Of a DNA stretch of 64,000 bases, positions 54,912 to 62,599 are shown piece by piece. Source of the stretch: Myxococcota bacterium (lineage in GTDB: Bacteria > Myxococcota_A > UBA9160 > UBA4427); contig JAYZFK010000034.1 in NCBI GenBank assembly GCA_036336835.1, forward strand, positions 18,432 to 82,431, read 5' to 3'. Below the pieces are notes generated by a model, which did no database searches, was not told where the DNA came from, and was given only the letters and a program-made list of their open reading frames with translations. Every line of letters starts with the position of its first letter. The stretch's first letter is position 1. Made by a program: the position numbers and the translations under genes.

Positions 54912-55321
54912 CACAGCTCCTGCAGCTCGCGCCGGATCTCGCGAGCGCGCTCGCGCCCGATCACCACGGCGACGAAGAGGCGGTGGTAGGAGTTCCACAG
55001 CCAGGCCAGCAAAGCGCCGACCACGAATCCGGCGATCGCGGCGTCGATCAGGCCGATCCCGACACCCGGCCAGCTCACGGTGTAGCTGGGCAGGAAGTGG
55101 CCGAGACGCTTCAAGTGGAATCCGACGAGCGAGCCGCCCTGCAGCAGCAGCGCTGCCGTCGCCAGCGCCAACCCGATGCCGGCGACGGCACCGGTAGCAA
55201 TGCCGAGCGCCACCGAGTCGAGCTGCCCGAGGGAGCGCGCCATCAGCTCTCGCTCGCTCGGCGTCACCGAGTCGCGCCGCGAAACGGTCTCCTTACGCGT
55301 CTCACGCTCCGTCGCGGTCAA
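54911..55321 (-). CDS. Membrane protein with one copy of the same 2-TM module
   Basis: 136 aa. 'HLKRLGHFLPSYTVSWPGVGIGLIDAAIAG'. Start overlaps the upstream FAD-enzyme gene by 20 nt. Confidence 0.55.
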   Translation of the reverse strand: MTATERETRKETVSRRDSVTPSERELMARSLGQLDSVALGIATGAVAGIGLALATAALLLQGGSLVGFHLKRLGHFLPSYTVSWPGVGIGLIDAAIAGFVVGALLAWLWNSYHRLFVAVVIGRERAREIRRELQEL

Positions 55322-56768
55322 CCGCCTTCTCCTCGTGGTAGTCGAGCTCAGCGTTCACCAGGCCGACGTCGTGTGCATCGCCCAGCAGGTTCTGCGCCAC
55401 CAGCAGCCCGGTCTCGATCGAGTGATCGGCATTGTTGTAGCGAAAGGTACCGCCGCGCCCGGCGATCGAGATATTGGGCTCGTACCGGCTCAGGTACGTC
55501 TTGAGCCGCCCGACCCGCTCGGCGTAGTCGAGCGAGTAAACGGGATAGGCCTGGTGTGCGCGCAGCGCGAATCCCCCGAGCACCTCGTCGCGATCGATGA
55601 AGCCGAGGTCGTCGGCCAGGTGCCCGATCGTGCGCCCGACGATCTCGTCGTCCGACAGCGACCAGGTCGCATCGCCGCGGGTACAGAACCACTCGGCACA
55701 GATCGAGGTCCTGCCAGCCGGACACATGGCCTCGCTCCAGTTGCGGGGCTCGTGGATGCGAGCGAAGCCGACATTTTCATCGTGGACGTAGAGCCAGGTG
55801 TCGGTCGTCACGCACGGCTTGCGCAGCATGATGTTCGCAGTGATCACGCTGCGGAACTCGAGTCCCCTCGCCGCCTCGATCACATCGTGCGGAGCGCCGG
55901 GTTCGACGATCTCCACCAGCCTTCCGAGTGGAATCGTGGAGACGGCGTGGCGCCCGGAGACCTCGCGCTCGACGTTGGCCTCGCGATCGAGGTAGCGAAC
56001 GGTCACGTCGTCCGAGCGAAGTGAGAGCGCGGTCACGTCCGAGTTCAGCAGCACTTGCCCGCCAGCCGCTTCGACGTCCTCCCTCATGCGCTCCGAGATG
56101 CGTTGATACCCCAGGCGCGGATACAGGAACGAGTCGACGAGAGACTCGACCTTCGGACCTGTCCGCCTGACTTCTTGCGGCACGAGCGCGTTCTTGAGCG
56201 TCTCGTAGATCGACAGCCCCCGGGTCCGCTGCGTCACCCAGTCCGCTGACAGGAGCGAGCAGTCGCGGCCCCACACCTTCTCGGTATAGCGGCGAAAGAA
56301 CATCTCGTAGAGCTTCGGTCCGAACTGCGCGATGTAGGCCTGCTCGATGTTCTCGGCCGACTCCCGTCGGAAACGTCGCCTCACCTGCTCCAGGCCGTAG
56401 CTCGCGACCGCGTGCGAGCTCGCGGTGATGCCCGCGGTGCGCAACACGTTCATGATCGACACGGGGTAGTCGAAGTAGCGGCCCTCGAAGTAGATGCGGC
56501 TGGTGCGCTGGACCTCTACCAGCTCGCCGCGCATGAGATCGCGAAACCACCGATCGAGCCAATCCTTCTTGGTGAACCAGCGGTGACCACCCAGGTCGAA
56601 GCGGAAGCCCTCGTGCTCCCAGGTCAGCGACAGCCCGCCCACCCAGGGCGCGCGTTCGAGCACACGGACTGCGACGCCGCGGGTTGCGAGCTCGTGCGCG
56701 GCGGCGAGACCGGCCGGACCACCCCCCAGTACCACGACCGAGTCGCGTCCCGGTCGAACGCGGCTCAC
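55302..56768 (-). CDS. FAD-dependent oxidoreductase, UDP-galactopyranose-mutase-like (copy 2)
   Basis: 'VVVLGGGPAGLAAAHELATRG', 'FFRRYTEKVWGRD', 'FLYPRLGYQRISERM' and 'GRGGTFRYNNADHSI'. 488 aa. Confidence 0.85.
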   Translation of the reverse strand: MSRVRPGRDSVVVLGGGPAGLAAAHELATRGVAVRVLERAPWVGGLSLTWEHEGFRFDLGGHRWFTKKDWLDRWFRDLMRGELVEVQRTSRIYFEGRYFDYPVSIMNVLRTAGITASSHAVASYGLEQVRRRFRRESAENIEQAYIAQFGPKLYEMFFRRYTEKVWGRDCSLLSADWVTQRTRGLSIYETLKNALVPQEVRRTGPKVESLVDSFLYPRLGYQRISERMREDVEAAGGQVLLNSDVTALSLRSDDVTVRYLDREANVEREVSGRHAVSTIPLGRLVEIVEPGAPHDVIEAARGLEFRSVITANIMLRKPCVTTDTWLYVHDENVGFARIHEPRNWSEAMCPAGRTSICAEWFCTRGDATWSLSDDEIVGRTIGHLADDLGFIDRDEVLGGFALRAHQAYPVYSLDYAERVGRLKTYLSRYEPNISIAGRGGTFRYNNADHSIETGLLVAQNLLGDAHDVGLVNAELDYHEEKAVDRDGA

Positions 56769-57781
56769 GCCGAGCTCTTCGAGCGGCGCGCGGTGCGCAG
56801 CCGATGACGCAGCCAGCAGGCGGCGAACGTGAAGCCGCTGTAGCTGAGATGCACCTGGTGGAAGGCCCAGGCGCGCGCCGCGAAGCCGGGACCCCGCAAG
56901 CGCGCGAGCTGCGCGACGAAGTCACGCTGTAGACCGAGTGACGCCCCGAGCACGAGCAGTGCCGCGAGCGTCATCGCGCCGCGGGCGGTGAGCAGGGCCA
57001 CGACCAGCGCAGGAATCGACAGAAGCGCGACCGGCGCAAGCCCCGCCGCGATGCGCTGCGAGGTGCCCAGGCCCAGGTCGTTCGGCACCTCGCCCTGCTC
57101 GAGCATGAGCTCGCTCCAGGGAACCCCGCGCTCGACGATGTCGGTGTAGACGGCGCCGCGCAGCGTCCAGCGCTTGAGGTGCTGGACCTGGAGCTCGGGG
57201 TCCAGACGAGCGCGCCCGACGCGGCGAAGCCGATAGCCGAGCTCGATGTCCTCGATCTGCGGGCGCGGGAAGCGCTGGGCATCGAAGCCACCGACGGCGA
57301 GAAAGGCGTCACGCCGCACCGCGCCGCAGCCGGCCCAGAAGGTCGCGTCCTCGCGCTGGGCGCGATGGTGGGTGTAGTGGTGTCGCAGGTTCATGTACTG
57401 CGAGAAGAAGCCGGGATCGCGCGGCGAATCGTCGTACGAGCCAGACAGGCAGACGAGCTCCGGAGCGGCGGCGAAGGCCGCACGCACGCGCTCGACCACA
57501 TCCGCGCGCGGCACGCAATCGGCATCCAGGAAGAGGACGACGTTCTCTTCGACGTGAGCGACGCCGATGTTGCGCGCCCGCGCCGGGCCAGCCGGATGCG
57601 GCAGCCTCACCACGCGGGCACCGAGCTGCTCGGCAGTCTGTGCGGTGCCATCGCTCGAGCCCGGATCGACCACCAGCACGGTTGCGCCACCGGCTGCGCG
57701 CAGCACCGCCGGCAACACCTCGGGGAGGAGGAGCGCCGCGTTGAACGCGGGCATCACGATCGCAACGCTGCACTCGCCCAC
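56765..57781 (-). CDS. GT2 glycosyltransferase with C-terminal TM helices
   Basis: 'VAIVMPAFNAA', 'VVDPGSSDGT', 'FLDADCV' and 'LKRWTLRG'. GTG start 57781. 4-nt overlap with the downstream gene. Confidence 0.85.
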   Translation of the reverse strand: MGECSVAIVMPAFNAALLLPEVLPAVLRAAGGATVLVVDPGSSDGTAQTAEQLGARVVRLPHPAGPARARNIGVAHVEENVVLFLDADCVPRADVVERVRAAFAAAPELVCLSGSYDDSPRDPGFFSQYMNLRHHYTHHRAQREDATFWAGCGAVRRDAFLAVGGFDAQRFPRPQIEDIELGYRLRRVGRARLDPELQVQHLKRWTLRGAVYTDIVERGVPWSELMLEQGEVPNDLGLGTSQRIAAGLAPVALLSIPALVVALLTARGAMTLAALLVLGASLGLQRDFVAQLARLRGPGFAARAWAFHQVHLSYSGFTFAACWLRHRLRTARRSKSSA

Positions 57782-58026
57782 TCGTTCTGCTCCCGTGCGT
57801 CCAACCGAGCCGTTTCCATGGTAGGACGCGCGATCAACCTGCGGGCCTCGCCCCGCTCACTCGACTCGGCCCGGGACGCTTCCAGGTACTCCGATCCGTG
57901 AGTTCACTCCGGGCCGGCCCGAAGTCCCCGTGGGGAGGCAGTGCCGCGGGGCGGACGGGCGGCGGGGGACTCCCTACCCTGCGACGCCGGCTCCTCGCAC
58001 GGCGCGGGCCGAGCGCGACGGGAGCA

Positions 58027-59802
58027 ATGCCGATGAGCCTGCGCGAGCCGCGCAGCGTGACGATCACCGTATTGCCAGGCGTGCTCGGCGCGGCCGCGCT
58101 GCTCGGTCTGCTCGACGTCGGGATCCACGGCCGCGGGCTCGACGCCTCGACCTCGGCACCCAGCGTGGTGCTGGGGATCGCATTGGCCGGCCTGCCCGCA
58201 CTCGTCCTGGCCGCGGTCCTCGCCCTCGCGCCGCGCGGCCTGAGCGCAGCCTTGCAGCACCGCCGGGCGCGGCTCGCAGCAGGCCTCGGCGCCGGCTGCA
58301 TGGTGCTCGCGCCCCTGGCGGCCGCGGCGCTCGGCGCGGCACGGTACGAGACACCGGCTCTGCCTGCGCGCGCGCCTGGAGGCTCTCCTGCACAGGGGAT
58401 CCCCGCCCGGGACCCGCCCCACGTCGTGTTGATCGTCCTGGACACGCTGCGCGCGGATCATCTGGGAGCGTACGGGGGCCCCCGAGATGCATCTCCGTCG
58501 TTCGACGCCCTGGCCGCGCAGGCGACGCTGTTCGAGCGCTGCTTCGCCCAGGCCGCGTGGACGGTGCCGTCGCACGCCTCGCTGTTCACGGGCCTCTACC
58601 CGGTGAGTCACGGCGCGTCGTTCGAGCACGCGCGCCGACTCGACGACCGCTTCCAGACGCTCGCCGAGTGGCTGCACGAGAGCGGTTACCGGACGGCGGC
58701 GTTCGTCGCCAACCCGCACCTCGCCGTCGCGAATCTCCATCAGGGCTTCGAGCTCTACCGCGAGCTGGCGGCGCCGTTCTCGACGCTGCTGCTGCGCAGG
58801 CCGCTCAGCGTGCTCGGCGGTCCCGCACGCTGGACCGACGAGGGCGCAGCACAGGCCGTCCGCGAGCTCGGAACCTTCCTCACGGACTACGGCGAGCAAG
58901 GCGACGCTGCGCCGTTGTTCTTGTTCGTGAACCTGCTCGAGCCGCACTGGCGGCACCTGCCGCCCTACGCCGAACGCCGCGAGGCACTGGCCGCAACTGG
59001 CGGCTACCTCGCGGGAACCCTGGCCTCGACGCGCTTCTACGGACCGCTGGCGATGGCGCGAGGCGGCCTCGACGAGCCCGCCGAGCTGGCCGCCCTGCGA
59101 GCACTCTACGGCGCGGAGGTGCGCTATCAGGACCGCTTGCTGGGCCAGCTCGTAGAGCTGCTCGAAACCCATCTCGGCCTGGACGGAACGCTCCTACTCG
59201 TGACGGCCGACCACGGCGAGAACCTCGGCGAGGGGGGGCGCTTCGATCACGTGTTCGCACTGAACGACCATCTGATCCGCGTCCCGATGCTGATCCGCTA
59301 TCCCCCGCGCTTCGACGCCGGAGCTCGCCGGCGCGAGCTGTGCCAGCTGGTGGACGTACCCGCCACGCTCCGCGATGTCCTCGGCCACGCGGTGTCGGCC
59401 CGCGATGCCGGCAGGAGCCTCGCTGCCGGAGCGCCGGCCGCGAGCCGCTTTGCCTATGCAGAGGGCGACCCGTATCTCGAGCATCTCGACCGCATGTCGC
59501 GCGCCGCGGGCCCGAAGCGCGACCTGTCGGATCTCGCGGCGCCGCTGCGCAGCGTGCGCGATGCGCGCTACAAGCTGGTCTGGTCGGCACGGCGCGGCAG
59601 CGTGCTGTTCGACCTGTCCGAGGACGCGGACGAGCTGCACGATGTCGCCGCCGAGCATCCCGAGCGGCGCGACGCGCTCGAGCGCGAGCTGCGACGCTGG
59701 TACGAGAGCCAGCCTCACTACGAGCCGGACGCGCGCGCGCCCGCAACCGCGCTGGACGACGCGGTGCGCGCGCGGCTCGAAGCACTCGGGTACGCGCCTT
59801 GA
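58027..59802 (+). CDS. Membrane-anchored sulfatase-like hydrolase/transferase (Thr-type, alkaline-phosphatase superfamily)
   Basis: Three N-terminal hydrophobic helices, then 'VVLIVLDTLRADHLG' and 'AAWTVPSHASLFTG' (Thr where Cys/Ser-type sulfatases carry the formylglycine precursor). ATG 58027 or 58033 is preferred over the track start at 57898. Confidence 0.8.
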   Translation: MPMSLREPRSVTITVLPGVLGAAALLGLLDVGIHGRGLDASTSAPSVVLGIALAGLPALVLAAVLALAPRGLSAALQHRRARLAAGLGAGCMVLAPLAAAALGAARYETPALPARAPGGSPAQGIPARDPPHVVLIVLDTLRADHLGAYGGPRDASPSFDALAAQATLFERCFAQAAWTVPSHASLFTGLYPVSHGASFEHARRLDDRFQTLAEWLHESGYRTAAFVANPHLAVANLHQGFELYRELAAPFSTLLLRRPLSVLGGPARWTDEGAAQAVRELGTFLTDYGEQGDAAPLFLFVNLLEPHWRHLPPYAERREALAATGGYLAGTLASTRFYGPLAMARGGLDEPAELAALRALYGAEVRYQDRLLGQLVELLETHLGLDGTLLLVTADHGENLGEGGRFDHVFALNDHLIRVPMLIRYPPRFDAGARRRELCQLVDVPATLRDVLGHAVSARDAGRSLAAGAPAASRFAYAEGDPYLEHLDRMSRAAGPKRDLSDLAAPLRSVRDARYKLVWSARRGSVLFDLSEDADELHDVAAEHPERRDALERELRRWYESQPHYEPDARAPATALDDAVRARLEALGYAP

Positions 59803-60758
59803 CCACCACCGCGCCCTCCCCGCCCGAGCTGTCCGTGGTGGTTGCGGTGACGAGTGGCGGGCTCCACGTGGACCAGTGCCTCGAGGCGCTCGCCGCCCAA
59901 CGCGACGCGCCTTCGCTCGAAATCATCGTGCCCATCGATGCCTGGCTCCCCGAGGTCGACGCGGCGCGCTGGCACGAGCGCTTCCCAGAGGTCCGGCTCT
60001 CCCCGATGGCGACAGCGGGCGGCTCTGCGCGCGGCGACGCCGGGCCGTGCCACCTGCGCACCGACCTGCGGCGCGCAGCCGGACTCGCGGCAGCGAGCGC
60101 GCCGATCGTCGCACTCACCGAGGACCACGCGCGTCCGGCGCCGGACTGGTGCCGCAACATCGTCCGCGCGCACGCCGCTCTGCCGCATGCCGCGATCGGC
60201 GGCGCGATCGACAACGCGAGCCCCGAGCTGCTCGCGCGGGCAGTTCATCTGTGCGACTTCGGTCGCTATCAGCGCCCGCTGCCCAGCGGCCCCGCGGACT
60301 TCGTGAGCGACGTCAACGTCTCGTACAAGCGCAGCGCGCTCGAGGCGGTGAGCGCTCATTGGCGCGATGGCTACCACGAGCCGGCGGTCCACCAGGCACT
60401 CTGCGCACGGGGAGGCGTGCTCTGGCTCGATCCATCGATCGTCGTCGAGCAACAGCGCGGTCCGCTCGAGCTACTGCCCTGCCTACACGAACGCTATGCG
60501 TGGGCCCGGCTGTACGCGGGCAAGCGCTGCGACGAGCTGAGCCGGGGCCAGCGAGCGGCCCGGGCACTGCTCGCCCCGCTCCTACCGGCGGTGCTCTTCG
60601 CGCGCCAGCTGCGCGGCGCGTGGACCCGGCGACGCGGAGAGAACGCGTGCGCCCTTCCCCTGGTCGCCATCCTGCTGTGCGCCTGGAGCATCGGCGAAGC
60701 CGTCGGCTACTGGACCGGCCGACCGGCGGCGCGGGACACGCAGGGGACCGCTGCATGA
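59799..60758 (+). CDS. GT2-like glycosyltransferase (variant acidic motif)
   Basis: TTG 59799 in a TTGA overlap. 'LSVVVAVTSGGLHVDQCLEALAAQ' and 'LEIIVPID'. 'ALTEDH' stands in place of DxD. Confidence 0.65.
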   Translation: MTTTAPSPPELSVVVAVTSGGLHVDQCLEALAAQRDAPSLEIIVPIDAWLPEVDAARWHERFPEVRLSPMATAGGSARGDAGPCHLRTDLRRAAGLAAASAPIVALTEDHARPAPDWCRNIVRAHAALPHAAIGGAIDNASPELLARAVHLCDFGRYQRPLPSGPADFVSDVNVSYKRSALEAVSAHWRDGYHEPAVHQALCARGGVLWLDPSIVVEQQRGPLELLPCLHERYAWARLYAGKRCDELSRGQRAARALLAPLLPAVLFARQLRGAWTRRRGENACALPLVAILLCAWSIGEAVGYWTGRPAARDTQGTAA

Positions 60759-62599
60759 GGCCGCGCCGCTACGGACTCGCACTTCCGCTGGTCGGCGCGC
60801 TGCTCGGCCTCGCCTGCACGGAGACGGAGACTCCCACAAGCCCGCCGTCCCGGGGCGAGCCACCGAACATCGTGCTGATCCTGCTCGATGACGCCGATGT
60901 CCGGGACTTCGCGTTCTATGAGCCGGAGGGTCCGATCGCGCTCCCCACGATCGAGGCACTCGCGCGCGACGGCGTCGTCTTCGACCAGTTCTACGCCAGC
61001 TCGCCGGTCTGCTCACCCACCCGCGCGGCGATCCTCACCGGCCAGTACCCGGCTCGCTACGGACTCAACGAAATCGTCGCGAGGGAATCGAGCCGCGGCC
61101 TGCCGAGCCGAGCACCGATGCTCGCGGCCTACCTGCGCGAGCGCGGTTACGCGACCGCCCACGTCGGCAAGTGGCACCTCGGCAGCCGGGCAGCCGCTCT
61201 GCTGCCGAGTGCCAAGGGCTTCGCACACACCGTGACGACCGGCCCCTGGCGCGGCTACCAGCACACGACCGTCCTGGTGGACGGTGTCGAGCTGCCCGCG
61301 GACCCCGACCGCCACCTCAGCGCGCGCCTCACCGACCACGCGCTGCGCTTCGTACGCGAGCACCGCGATGAACGCTTCTTCCTGAACCTCTGGTACTTCG
61401 CGCCACACATCCCGCTGCAGCCACCGGCCGAGTGGGCCGCGAAGCATCCGGCCGATCGAGTCGGACGCTACGCAGCGCTGATGGGTCACCTCGATCACCA
61501 GATCGGCCGCATCGTGTCCGAGCTCGACGCACTCGGGCTGCGCGATCGGACGGCGATCCTGCTCCTGAGCGACAACGGCGGCACCGGCCCGATCCATAAC
61601 CGCCACTCGCTGCCCCTGCGCGGTGCCAAGAAAGCCGTCTTCGAGGGAGGGATCCGCAGCCCGTTGGTGTTGCTCTGGCCAGGGCGCACGGAGGCGGGTC
61701 GCCGCAACGCGAGCGTCACGACGACCATGGATCTGTTCCCGACGGTCGTCGAACTGCTAGGCGACGATCCCCATGGCCTCGACCTCGATGGCGACAGCTT
61801 TGCCGCCGCGCTCGCAGGGCGACACCTCGAGCGGCGCGGTCCTCTCTTCTGGCAGTCGAGGGCCAGCAGCGTGGACCTCGTTCGAGCCCGCTCCGCTCCG
61901 GGCTACCTCAGCTTGTTCGCTGTCCGGGATGGCGAGTGGAAGCTCGTGATGAACGGACAGACGCTCTCGCTGTTCGATCTGTCGACAGATCCGGCGGAGG
62001 CAACCGATCTCGCCGCCGAGCAGCCTGAGATCACCCGCCGTCTGCTCGACGAATACGACGCCTGGCGGCTGCGAACCAGCAAGCTTCCGATGATCGCCGC
62101 ATCCCAGAGCGGTGCGACGCGCACGAGCCGGGACGTCTACGAGTTTTCGGGACCGGGCCGCGTCGTCTTCGAAGCCGACCTGCTGCACGATGCGACCGAT
62201 GGCGAACTGTCGTGCCGACTGCGCCTGCGAGCTGACAGCTCTGGCCGTGTGCAGAGGATCCTCGGCAAGGGCGAGGCCTGGAAGCTCGTTCTCGACGAGA
62301 CCGACCACCTCGAACTCCGATTCACCGACCAGACCGGCGCGACCCACGCGTGGCGCAGCACTCGAGCTCTCGCGATCGGAAAGTGGCACGATCTGGCCGT
62401 GTCGTTCTCGGCACTTCGCTCATCTCGTCTGTCTCGGGTGTTCGTCGAAGGAGCGGTGGCGATTCAGGCCCGACACGAGCACCCGATCGCAAGCTCGAAC
62501 TCGCCGATCGCGCTCGGCGCGGACGACGCGCAGTCCTTTTCCGGGACCATCGAGGGCATCGCTTGCTATGCGCTCGGGCTGACGCGCAACGATCTCTGA
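60755..62599 (+). CDS. Cys-type sulfatase lipoprotein with a C-terminal LamG/concanavalin-like domain
   Basis: ATGA overlap with the upstream gene. Lipobox 'LLGLAC', 'NIVLILLDDAD', 'CSPTRAAILTG' and 'GKWHLG'. The C-terminal ~170 aa ('KWHDLAVSF...FSGTIEGI') look like a LamG-type jelly roll. Confidence 0.85.
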   Translation: MRPRRYGLALPLVGALLGLACTETETPTSPPSRGEPPNIVLILLDDADVRDFAFYEPEGPIALPTIEALARDGVVFDQFYASSPVCSPTRAAILTGQYPARYGLNEIVARESSRGLPSRAPMLAAYLRERGYATAHVGKWHLGSRAAALLPSAKGFAHTVTTGPWRGYQHTTVLVDGVELPADPDRHLSARLTDHALRFVREHRDERFFLNLWYFAPHIPLQPPAEWAAKHPADRVGRYAALMGHLDHQIGRIVSELDALGLRDRTAILLLSDNGGTGPIHNRHSLPLRGAKKAVFEGGIRSPLVLLWPGRTEAGRRNASVTTTMDLFPTVVELLGDDPHGLDLDGDSFAAALAGRHLERRGPLFWQSRASSVDLVRARSAPGYLSLFAVRDGEWKLVMNGQTLSLFDLSTDPAEATDLAAEQPEITRRLLDEYDAWRLRTSKLPMIAASQSGATRTSRDVYEFSGPGRVVFEADLLHDATDGELSCRLRLRADSSGRVQRILGKGEAWKLVLDETDHLELRFTDQTGATHAWRSTRALAIGKWHDLAVSFSALRSSRLSRVFVEGAVAIQARHEHPIASSNSPIALGADDAQSFSGTIEGIACYALGLTRNDL

